Below, piece by piece: positions 50,610 through 61,363 of a stretch of DNA of 64,000 nucleotides. Every line of letters begins with the position of its first letter. Position 1 is the stretch's first letter. Under the pieces are notes generated by a model, which did not search any database, had not been told where the DNA came from, and saw nothing but the letters and a program-made list of their open reading frames with translations. The stretch comes from Octopus bimaculoides. Lineage: Eukaryota. The DNA lies in NCBI RefSeq assembly GCF_001194135.2, contig NC_068984.1, positions 54,542,589-54,606,588 of the forward strand, read 5' to 3'. Made by a program: the position numbers and the translations under genes.

Positions 50610-50742
50610 ATTTGGCTGCTATTTCTTGCGTGCCCTGCTACCACGTAACAGGTATTTCGGGTCCTTTATCGCAAATAGTTGTAACAGGGATTTCGGGTCC
50701 TTTATCGCAAATAGCAGGGCGTGCTCGAAATAGCAGCCAAAT
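50610..50742. repeat. Hairpin with a perfect 16-bp outer stem enclosing a 34-bp tandem duplication
   Basis: The outer stem is ATTTGGCTGCTATTTC (50610-50625) with GAAATAGCAGCCAAAT (50727-50742), and the inner stem is GCCCTGCTA/TAGCAGGGC. GTAACAGG[T/G]ATTTCGGGTCCTTTATCGCAAATAG occurs at 50645 and 50681. Confidence 0.9.
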
Positions 50743-51694
50743 CTTTGGAGGTGAGATACGTTGAATGTACTCGAAAAAAACTATTTCACACCAAGGTTAC
50801 GAATGGGTCTTTTACGAAATATTTACCGTATTTTTAAAGTCATTTTCACTTTACAATATTTTTAGATATGCCAAAAAAAAAAAAAAAAAAAAACTTTTGT
50901 AATGGTATTTCTAAAAAGAAAAAAACTTTAAAATATTTTCTGTTTAAAGAAAGCTAAAATGTAAATACTTACATTTTTGAAATCACATTCACTTGAAAAT
51001 ATTTCTAAATGATTAAATTATTCTGTTTAACAAAAGCGAAAATAGAAATATTTACTGTAAAGAAACAAATCGTAGGTCTTCGTTGTCAAATCACTGTTTA
51101 ATCGAAAGGTTAGAGTTTCTTCCCTTTCAGGATAAAGTTGTATTCGGAATATTTTCCCATTATGCACCATTTTGGATATTTATACCCCCAAACCCCGAAT
51201 ATCTTAATAACTACTGCTCCAATTTACGCGAAGCATGTTTCATTTCATTCGTATTAACATTTCAGGGTTAACTTAATTCATAGTATTTTCCTATTATGCG
51301 CCAGTTTGGCTTGGTAACATTGCAAGCAAGCAAGATTCAAACTGACTTTCAATGTATTATAGATAGTCTTATTAGACTTAGATAACGCTTAGATAATGCT
51401 ATCAAATTTTGGGTAAGTTTTGTGGCATGTATCAATATATATANNNNNNNNNNNNNNNNNNNNNNNNNNNNNNNNNNNNNNNNNNNNNNNNNNNNNNNNN
51501 NNNNNNNNNNNNNNNNNNNNNNNNNNNNNNNNNNNNNNNNNNNNNNNNNNNNNNNNNNNNNNNNNNNNNNNNNNNNNNNNNNNNNNNNNNNNNNNNNNNN
51601 NNNNNNNNNNNNNNNNNNNNNNNNNNNNNNNNNNNNNNNNNNNNNNNNNNNNNNNNNNNNNNNNNNNNNNNNNNNNNNNNNNNNNNNNNNNNNA

Positions 51695-52077
51695 TTGTGG
51701 CCATGCTGGAGCACCACCTTTAGTCGAGCAAATCGACCCCAGGACTTATTCTTTGGAAGCCTAGTACTTATACTATCGGTCTCTTTTGCCGAACCGCTAA
51801 GTTACGGGGACATAAACACACCAGCATCGGTTGTCAAGCGATGTTGAGGGGACAAACACAGACATACAAACACATACACACATACATATATATATATATA
51901 TACATACATATACACAACAGGCTTCTTTCAGTTTCCGTCTACCAAATTCACTCACAAGGCTTTGGTCGGCCCGAGGCTATAGTAGAAGACACTTGCCCAA
52001 GATGACACGCAGTGGTACTGAACCCGGGACCATGTGGTTGGTAAGCAAGCTACTTACCACACAGCCACTCGTACGCC
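51695..52077 (-). mobile_element. Composite family A SINE (head + internal microsatellite + 3' module)
   Basis: Same architecture and high similarity to 2508-2927; the 3' end runs into an N gap. Confidence 0.85.
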
Positions 52078-52567
52078 TATATATATATATATATTATGTA
52101 TATATATACACATATATACATCCTGCAAGCAGCATTGAATAAAATATATACAATATATACATATTTATCCCATTCGTATGCAGCCGGACGTGGGAGAACT
52201 TTCTCCTCACAGACAACATTGTATATTCCATGATATTATTCATAGCCCAATGTGTTCTCACACATATTGTCTATGAGGATAATTTTTTCTCTTTCATGAC
52301 TATCTCCGCGAAAAACCTTCACACGTTCGAATGTACACGAATGTGTTAAGTATCAGTGTAGAGGCACATTTGTAAATATATTTGTATGTGTGCATGAGTG
52401 CATTTGTACGTATATGCAAAATAAATAAATATACTGATCTTTAGATTAACATTAAAACGCACTAACGTTTTTCTAACTTCTCAGCCAAGCGTTTCGCCAA
52501 CAAGAATTGTATCTGTACCTTTGGATTGTCTAATCACAAGAAATTCCTCGTTTGTGATGAACGATAT

Positions 52568-53720
52568 CTAGCGAATGTTTTTACGTCTTTTGAGATAAAG
52601 GATAAGATGACTGGAAGCGGTATTTCTCAAGGACTTTCCTCAGTGATAATATGTATCTAAATACCGAAATGGAGATCGTTTAGTAAGCATCGTACTTTAT
52701 CCTTCTGCAGTTTGAGAATCAAATATGAACAATTACCTGTAATATACAGGCCGTATCTATCAACTTCATTGTAAGACATGTATACACTTATAGTGTATGC
52801 AACGACGATGAGTGTTTTACTAGATAGTGCCTGCGATGACTTTCTTGATGCGCAGCTGGGTTGACGCTGTCATCATTCTTACGGAAAATCGTTGGTGCAG
52901 TGGTCGTTTATGTAAAAGAAGATCGCTATGATTTTTGCCTCGGTCGTTGTTTATAGCTAAGGTAGTTGAAACTGTTGTTGATTATACGTAATATAGTTGA
53001 AACTTGGATTTTGTATGAACAATGGGTGTTGTTGTCCCTGTGCAAGATAGTTTTGTTGATGTTATTTACACGCAAGCTTGTTGATACAGTCGTCATTTAA
53101 GCACAATCTATTTGAAGCTGTAACCTATAAGTAAAATGATTGCCGATTTCGTCGTTTATAAACAAAGCGTTGCTTTTTTCGTCGTTTATGCGCAAGATAG
53201 TTCAAGCCTTCGTTATCGATTCAACAAGAAAGCCTCTTCTGTAGTCACTAAACCTGACGAGAATGGCAACTAAATAACTCGTAAATTACACCATATCTTC
53301 TTGAGGGCAGAGATTATATTGGACAGTGTAGTCGCAGATACTCTATAAAAACGGATGATTGGAAGATCATTGATCATAGATCTCCTCGAAAAGATTTGAT
53401 CTAGAACTATAGACCAGCAACAGTACCAGCAACACTGACATGTGGGATGAGATAGTATTTTTAAAACGAAGCACAATGATAGTGCATGTCGGTTTCTGTC
53501 AACAATAAACATTATAGATGATACTTTTAGTTTCTGATATAAATGATAGCCACGGCAACTTTACACATAACAACGAATAATGTAGTCTTGTAAAACCAAT
53601 ACTCGAGAAAGAACGGGATGGTGACGAATAAATTTGTTCAGTCAAGACTGATCGAGGAATAAACACCTACAGCAATGGCATTAACAACAACCAAATGCGC
53701 TATTTCCGTGGAAAACTTGA
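52568..53720 (-). pseudogene. Decayed intronless rhodopsin-family (class A) GPCR pseudogene
   Basis: Manual translation across stops and frameshifts gives a TM1-like VVVNAIAVGVY, TM2 SLD*TNLFVTIPF (D to P = 9 codons) and MCKV (C 26 codons after that D). IVDRNR at 53489-53500 is one base from DRYR, W lies 27 codons after the R, and there is a long S/T-rich loop. A TM6-like KTLIVVAYTISVYMSY and a TM7/helix8-like NTASSHLILY...KNIR* follow. The landmark spacing fits class A. Confidence 0.55.
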
Positions 53721-56099
53721 ACGGCTGCTTGAAGTGGGGCGAGTAAACAAAACCTATTAGAAGTGAAGAATTTCGTAAGTCAGTCTAGTGATGCTACCTT
53801 AATTACTTTCGGAGGAGGGGGGCTTCCCATTTTGCTGAGGTTATTGTTCAACCGTAGATTAGCAGTAATCGAATAGACAGGCGTGTGATCAAAAGAATTC
53901 TAGCCATAGCCATTTTGTCTTTTATTCAGATATTAATGTGTCTAGTACAACAGGATTCAACAACAATACTGTTATATGTGACTTGAGATAATGACTGGTA
54001 CTTCTAAGAGCTTGAATGGTCACATATAAGCTTCGGCAAAAGTCATGGTATAACAGGACTTGTTTAGTCACAGGACACCTGTCATTCAGCAGATCAATTA
54101 GCAAAAATGTTCCATGGCTATGATTATCAGATGTAGCCATGACCGTCTTTTATTCAGGTATAGTATACCCAATGTGTCTTTACTTTTAAGATGATTTGGT
54201 CTGATTAGGTGGAGTATCATTTGATATTTCTTATAGTTCGAAAGACTAAAGAGAAGCTCCTTAATTTTTTGTTATTGGAGATGTATAATTTCAGGTCAGT
54301 GTGATTCGAAGCATATTTAGCTGATATTTTAAGCCAGTGATAGAGCGACCATGTAAAGACACCCTTGCTGGCTTGAGATCACCAACTCCTCCTACAACTA
54401 AAGGTCATTCTTAAGAGATATGCTTGTCTGGCAAGTGATTTAATCTGAGACCGAAACTAAAACAATTACAGGGTGAAATGCACACGTTAGCCTTTCAAAA
54501 TACACGAAGGATTTAACTTCTCTTAAGCATTTATTATTTGGTGTTAAAATTTTCGTCGCACCAATTGCGACCTGGTCACTGACACAATTCCACTGCATCT
54601 TTTCGTTTACCCTTCTGTTTTCATATTTCTGATGACATCCATTACCTTTGTTCCAATTAGTGCTTCTTTAAATAATGAAGAATTTATTAAAATAACTTCG
54701 CTGTTATTTAGCTGGTGTTTGGAACATAAATTATGAAATTTTGACTGTAGAATTTAATTTAGATCACTTTAGAAACAGGAAGTTTGTATTGTAGACGTAG
54801 GGACGGGCTCGGGTCAGATCAGTATCAAAATGGTCTCTTTTTGTCAAGCAGTGTCAATAAAAATATATCAACACACGTTGACTCGCAAGAAGCAGCGCCT
54901 CAAATCTCCTTCAAACCACACCTTTCTGCCTTAAATACATTAGACAATGTACTACTCGATATACAAAACGTTTGGATAGTTACAAACATTCTCTAAAGTG
55001 CAGGCGGAATTAGTAATTTCAAGCCAGCGAGGGAATCTGTATCCGGTCGCTCCATCACCTGCAAGAAATATTAACTAGGTATGCTTAAAATAACACCTTT
55101 AGGAAGAAGAACACACTGGATAATGTAGACTTAGGTGCACTAACCTTGAATGAAAGAGCAGTTAGTAATGGCTGGGATACCTTTGATCACAAATCTGCTA
55201 GTTGACGGGTGACACTTCAAACAGCACAAAAACATTGAAGGAACTTCTGTGTAATCATTGGACAGTTGATGCGGGGATAAAAGAAAGCTCAACAACTGCA
55301 ACATTTAAGCATATTCTGATGATAATTCCTTGATAACCCTAACGTGCAGCCTGGTTCTGAATCTCATTTCTCATTAACCCTCACTAATACTATAGCGACA
55401 TGCATAACACATAACAGTTATTCATATGTTTATTTAATGGACTGCTTTGGGGAAGGCGTTGTGTTCATGGCTTTTACAGACCCTTTTGACACTGGAGAGA
55501 CCCACGCAATTAACGTTTTTCCTGAGTATCTTTTATTTAATGGTTTAAGGAAAAAATATATGCTTAGACGGAATTCTAGAGGGTTGATGTTTTATAGAAA
55601 AAGGAATGAGTATAGTGGTAACTGTGGAAACTGAAGGTGAGGGTAGACACAGTATAGAAGACAAGAGGAGAAGTATGTGATTGGAGGCGGAAAATCTAAG
55701 CGAAGACCAGACAGGTCGGTGGTGGTGAGACCACAGAAGTAGTGATAGAAAAGGTTGAAAGTTTGCAGTCTGAACATTCGTGTGTTGCCAATCAGTCGGG
55801 TCGCTTATCTTTGGATGCAGTCTAAAGTATCAATGTGTGTTGCAGAAGCGCCGCCCCAATTGTGGGATCAGAACTATATTATAGAGCTCACCTCAGTTTT
55901 GTAGAGGGTTAATAACTGTTGGTAGCTGAAATAGTTTTTAACCATGAAAAACCAGTTATCGAGTTGCAGTGATTGCAATGTAGAAGATGTACATTCCAGG
56001 CAAAATCTTCAATAAAGCATTTAGAATGTGCTCTAGATTTGCTTTCTATATTGAATATAAACAATAAAGAATTCGTTATTGGAACACGTGCTACATTAC

Positions 56100-56420
56100 A
56101 ATTCAATTTTTTAAACACTTACGCACTTTGATGGTTAACATTGCTCAAAAAAATTTGTTTTGCGATTCTTCCCGCAGAAATTCTAATTACATTCCAGAAG
56201 TACCTAAGCTGTGACCACTCAATGCGGAGAAGTAGCGGTTCGACCTGGAGCGACTCACTGATCGCCGACCTGTACGCCCCATCGAACAACAGTATCCCAG
56301 TAATCGGTGAAACCCATTTCTGTCGTTTGCATTCGCGGTTGCATATTATTTCAGACACTATCAACTGTTCATGACATGGAGGTAGACCATAGGCAAGACA
56401 GTTGAAAAATATCCAAAACA
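56100..56420 (-). mobile_element. RTE-clade LINE C-terminal fragment
   Basis: RSAISESLQVEPLLLRIEWSQLRYFWNVIRI resembles the RTE IR.RQLRWFGHV.RM region. Confidence 0.65.
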
Positions 56421-56599
56421 TAAGTCAGTTTCACTTGGGGATTCAGTCAGCTCATTTGCTGATGGCTGGTTCAGATAGAAGGACTCTCTGAAAAATGTGT
56501 CATTGGACTCTACCCCGTGACCCAAGCAAAAATACATGGATGGTGAATATGGATGGAAGGATGGAGGAATATAAGTTTAATTTCAAATCTGTAGATCAC

Positions 56600-57180
56600 T
56601 TTATTGTACACAACTTAGAAGAGTTAAAACAGAGCTTTTAGAATATTTCATAATTTATTATTCATTTTGTTTTCAAAATAATTTAATGTTTTGCACAATT
56701 TAGTATTGTTTCACAAATGAAATGTATGTTTTAAATTATGACAAAAATATTCATGAAGATCATTACTGCGATAATTCCTTAAATACTTTTATTTGATCAA
56801 TTGCCTTCCTATTTGAATTCTTGTAACAGAAAAAAAACCGCCTGCTCACTAGAAGTGCTGGAATGTAGAAGTGGTACCAGTAATAATTTCAATGAAACCA
56901 TAAAGAGAGAAGGAAACTGAGTAAAGAGAAAAAGACGTATTTCGTTTTATTATCCTTCTCTCTGAATTTATTAAACTCCAAAACTAAAACTTTAATATTT
57001 CAATAAAGTGTGTTCTTTTACTGCTATGATTTCCTTCTTAATTAGGCAATTAATATTCTTCCCAACTGCCTAAATGAATACCAACATTTATAAAACTGAG
57101 TTTTGCAATTTCATTTTGTTTCCATAATATATAAGACAAAAAAATTACAATTTTGTTAGCTTGAATCTGGAAATTTTATT
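56600..57180 (-). terminator. Candidate polyadenylation signals in the CCK/SK 3'UTR
   Basis: Minus-strand AATAAA (plus TTTATT) occurs at 57175-57180, 56946-56951, 56788-56793, 56654-56659 and 56600-56605. Which one is used cannot be told from sequence. Confidence 0.35.
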
Positions 57181-57211
57181 TAGTTTATCTTTTGAAACAT
57201 CTTGTTGTAGC

Positions 57212-57616
57212 TTAAGCGTCTGACATATCCACATGATCAACATCTCGACCAAATCTTCCTCCCCCAAGGCCATATTCGTCATAATCTCGTTTTCCAAAGC
57301 GTCCACCTCCGAGGCCATAATCATAATACCATGCACCACGTCTTTTGTTGCCATCGTCTTCTGCATTCGCAAAGCCGTTATCTCTTGTCTCCAAATTGAT
57401 CCTTTTGCTTTGGAGGTGTGGCGAAAGAAACTGTCGATCACTCAGCACATGATCAAGAAGACCACCATTTCGCTTTTGTAAAACTTTCGTCATTTTTTTA
57501 TATTTAGATAGTGTGGTGCTCAGTCCTGAATTTTCGAAATTTGTTGCCGTTGTGAAATTTGCTAAAGTGATGTAGAGCAACATGAACGCAATTCCAAGTT
57601 TAATGCAACGATTCAT
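57212..57616 (-). CDS. CCK: Cholecystokinin/sulfakinin-type neuropeptide precursor (134 aa)
   Basis: Intact ORF with a hydrophobic signal peptide (~aa 1-24) and KR sites. Two amidated peptides follow: KRR-GAWYYDYGLGGGRF-G-KR (57296-57337) and DYDEYGLGGGRF-G-R (57251-57286). The GAW.YDYGLGGGRF-amide motif is the hallmark of molluscan CCK/SK peptides. Confidence 0.93.
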   Translation of the reverse strand: MNRCIKLGIAFMLLYITLANFTTATNFENSGLSTTLSKYKKMTKVLQKRNGGLLDHVLSDRQFLSPHLQSKRINLETRDNGFANAEDDGNKRRGAWYYDYGLGGGRFGKRDYDEYGLGGGRFGRDVDHVDMSDA

Positions 57617-57620
57617 GATT

Positions 57621-57645
57621 CTGAAATTATAAAGAGAGAAACAAA
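57621..57645 (-). promoter_or_regulatory. Splice acceptor 4 nt upstream of the CCK/SK ATG
   Basis: The minus strand reads TTTGTTTCTCTCTTTATAATTTCAG|AATCATG, a pyrimidine tract plus CAG. This implies a non-coding first exon at higher coordinates. Confidence 0.7.
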
Positions 57646-58013
57646 TATCAGTTAATTTAGCATTTATATTAACGTAAAATATTGCTTAATTATTTTTAAA
57701 TATTGATTTCTTATTCAGGTATACACTGTTAATTGACTGTAGGAAAGAGATAGTGATTGACTGAAGTTCAGTCAGACTAATACTGGCTTTTATTTTATCG
57801 ATACCATATCTTTTCACTCAGACGTTGGCTGGAATAATGGAAAATTCATGTAATGTAACATTCAGCAGTTTACTTTTTCATTTTATATCCCGATATACGT
57901 AAATAGTATACAATGTTTTTCACTCTAACAAAATTTAAAATTTATATCAGGTAGCTCTCTCGGTTCTGTTCTATGTTGTTTATTTCTCCCTAAGAAGCAT
58001 TTGATTTGATATA

Positions 58014-59174
58014 TTAGGTTGGCAACTAAGTTCCAACCGAGCATTTTCGACACCTCCTTCTTTTCGCTTTTAATCAAGGTTCTAAGTCTGCAAAACCTGC
58101 TCGCAACATTTGTGCTGCGTATGGAGAGAGTGCCGTAGCTAAAAGAACTGCTCGTGATTGGTATGCCAAATTCAATTGGCATACCAAAAACGCACCTCAT
58201 TCTGACCTCAATTGACCTCAAAAACGCACCTCATTCTGGCCGTCCAGTTGAGTTCGATGAAGAGCGATTAAACCAACTTTTGCACGAAAATTCTCGTCAA
58301 ACGACAAGGGAACTGGCAGAGAAAATGGAATGCTCCCACACTGCTATAAAGAGGCATCTTCNNNNNNNNNNNNNNNNNNNNNNNNNNNNNNNNNNNNNNN
58401 NNNNNNNNNNNNNNNNNNNNNNNNNNNNNNNNNNNNNNNNNNNNNNNNNNNNNNNNNNNNNNNNNNNNNNNNNNNNNNNNNNNNNNNNNNNNNNNNNNNN
58501 NNNNNNNNNNNNNNNNNNNNNNNNNNNNNNNNNNNNNNNNNNNNNNNNNNNNNNNNNNNNNNNNNNNNNNNNNNNNNNNNNNNNNNNNNNNNNNNNNNNN
58601 NNNNNNNNNNNNNNNNNNNNNNNNNNNNNNNNNNNNNNNNNNNNNNNNNNNNNNNNNNNNNNNNNNNNNNNNNNNNNNNNNNNNNNNNNNNNNNNNNNNN
58701 NNNNNNNNNNNNNNNNNNNNNNNNNNNNNNNNNNNNNNNNNNNNNNNNNNNNNNNNNNNNNNNNNNNNNNNNNNNNNNNNNNNNNNNNNNNNNNNNNNNN
58801 NNNNNNNNNNNNNNNNNNNNNNNNNNNNNNNNNNNNNNNNNNNNNNNNNNNNNNNNNNNNNNNNNNNNNNNNNNNNNNACTCTCCTGATTTGGCACCAAC
58901 TCTCCTGATTTCCACCTCTTTCAATCTCTTTCAAATTCTATGCGTGGAGTTTCGTTCAATACTGATGCAGAATTGAGAGCTTGGTTGTATCAATTTTTCG
59001 AGTCGAAATCGGGTGATTTCTACCAACGAGGTATTGAAAATCTTGTTGAACGTTGGGAAGAAGTTGTAAACAACAAAGGTGAATACATTATTGATTAATT
59101 AGTTGTTACTTTTTATTAAACCTTTTAAAAAGTTTAAATTAAAAAAACCGGTGGGAACTTAGTTGCCAACCCAA
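58014..59174 (+). mobile_element. Mariner (Mos1-like) element with TIRs and TA TSD, 5'-internally deleted
   Basis: The TIR TTAGGTTGGCAACTAAGTTCC (58014-58034) matches 59154-59174 at 20/21, with TA on both sides. Transposase pieces are EHFRHLLLFAF..., PHSGRPVEFD...TTRELAEKM and ...GIENLVERWEEVVNNKGEYIID*. The centre is an N gap. Confidence 0.92.
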
Positions 59175-59822
59175 TATAATATTTCAAGATGTAACTAAAA
59201 TCAAGCATGTTAAGTGAACTATAAATAATTAAGATAAAAAACTCTTATATTGATGCAATGTTTTGTTTTAATACGAATTATCTGTGAATGTAAAATTTAC
59301 TCTGAACCATTATATACGCTCTGGCAGTCATGTGTTTTACGAATTGAGGATTCAAATCTGTTAGAGGTTTAGTAATACGTGTATGTAAAAGCGTAAATTA
59401 CTATGAATAAGTTATTTTAAGCAAACGTCTTGTAACACGGACCGTGATTTACTTTTTTTGCTTGATTTCCAGCTGGATAGGACAGAAGAGTAATTATTCT
59501 ATTTTCTAATGTTGCAAACAATTTATTTGTTCATTTGAAATCAGCCTTACCGGGTAATGGTAATACTTTTGAGATTAACAAGATTAATCTCATTGAAATT
59601 AAATATAATAACGGGAAAAATAAGACCTCAAGCATCAAATGGCTTTCAATCAACACATTTAACAACTGCAAAAATATCTTTAACCTGTCAAAAGTTTATT
59701 CACTGATCTGAACATCACTCTGTATCATTATTTCTACTCCTGTATTGTGTTCCTAGGTTTTTCATTACAATTTTCGTATTGTTCATATTAAAATTCTTGC
59801 TACTAAGTTTTTTTTCCACTCT

Positions 59823-59993
59823 TAGGCGCAGGTGTGGCTGTGTGGTAAGAAGCTTGCTTTCCAACCACAGGGTTCCGGGTTCAGTTCCACTGCATGGCAC
59901 CTTGGGCATGTGTCTTGTACTATAGCCTCCGGCCGGCCAAAGTCTTATGGGTGAATTTGGTAGATGAAAACTGAAAAAAAGTCTGTCGTATAT
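59823..59993 (+). mobile_element. Family A SINE, head module only
   Basis: GGCGCAGGTGTGGCTGTGTGGTAAG...GGTTCAGTTCC...; it ends at GTCGTATATA. Confidence 0.8.
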
Positions 59994-60979
59994 AATAACT
60001 ACAGTTTGCTCAATCACACTTAAAATATATTATTATATTCTTATTGTTCAATCTCCCCCCCCCCCAACCGCCTTAACTCACAATGGTCCAAATAGGGACC
60101 TCTCTAGGTTTTAATGACACTGCAGACGTTGTTCATTCATTCGCATGGTGCTTGTTTGCATGTTTGTTTTTATTTACAATATCCTAAGCGGTTTTGGGCC
60201 GCTTACAACATACACTACTTCTCCATACTTTCATTATTTATTTATTTATTTATTTCGATCTACCCGTATAACAGTCTCAATAGCCTGCCCTTTGTTTTTA
60301 AATTTAACTGACCAATTATATCGAAAGCTGACTTTGGTCAATCCCATTACGGGCAATAGGTGGTTGGTATTTTACAACGTATCAGAAAGTAAATAATTTT
60401 AATTAATATATGGGCATTTTATTAGGATAGACTATTAATTAGTACTATTAATATAATCTTAAGAACCATTATGATTACTTCTAAACGTTATGGCACTATC
60501 ACAACTTCATTTTCTAGACCTATTGGCGTATCTGGTTATGGTAAAGTTTTCATTTTACTTTTTTACTACACCCTGTTACCCCTATAGAAAAATTAACCCA
60601 CCAATTAATATTTTAAGTTTAGGCATTTACTCGCCGTCCTGAAGCGTAACATATGCAAAATGGTATGATTTAAATATATTAAGCTTTCTTTTTCTTCTCG
60701 AGGCTCTTCTTCTTTTCTTTTCTTTTCTTTTCTTTTCTGTATTTTTCGTCATTCTGACGAAGCTCCATGTTCCAGATCGGATGTGTTAGAAAATAATATG
60801 TTAGATGGGACAAAGTCTATTTGTATCAAAAAGTAATAATCGATGTTAGTCAATTGTTACTGATCAATATTTCTCCATNNNNNNNNNNNNNNNNNNNNNN
60901 NNNNNNNNNNNNNNNNNNNNNNNNNNNNNNNNNNNNNNNNNNNNNNNNNNNNNNNNNNNNNNNNNNNNNNNNNNNNNNT

Positions 60980-61170
60980 ATGTATACAGACATATATATG
61001 TCTGTGTTGGTGTGTTTGTGATCCCGGCACTTGGCAGTTCGGTAAATAGACTGATAGAATAAGTACCAAGCTTAAAAATTAAGTATTGGGGTCGATTAAT
61101 TTGACTATAAAATTGAAGGCCGCGCCCAGCATGTCTGCAGTCTAGTGACTGTAAGTAAAAGAATATTAGA
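60980..61170 (+). mobile_element. 3' module of the composite SINE following an N gap
   Basis: GGTGTGTTT...GATAGAATAAGTACC...GGGGTCGAT...CCCAGCATG...AGTAAAAGAATA, homologous to the reverse complement of 2520-2715. Confidence 0.7.
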
Positions 61171-61332
61171 TTCATTACGGATGAGGTAAGGAATTAATTA
61201 ATGCGTTTTGCATTCATCAGCCTTGTGGTTATAAGCTACCCTCTCTCTATATATAACTTTCTCACTCCGTAGGTGCACATACATACATACATACATACAT
61301 ATATACATACATACATACATATATACATGCAT

Positions 61333-61363
<31 letters not shown>

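Noticed and set aside
53900-54300. Gypsy integrase-like reading (GPEII...)
   Set aside because: Only a few residues match and there is no DDE motif, LTR or PPT. The adjacent sequence is better explained as GPCR debris.
57145-57481. Overlapping ORFs 57145-57441 (-) and 57233-57481 (+)
   Set aside because: These are shadow frames of the CCK/SK CDS with no recognisable motifs.
60745-60800. CTGACGA-AGCTC... possible hammerhead remnant
   Set aside because: No GAAA follows a paired stem II; it is too degenerate to support.
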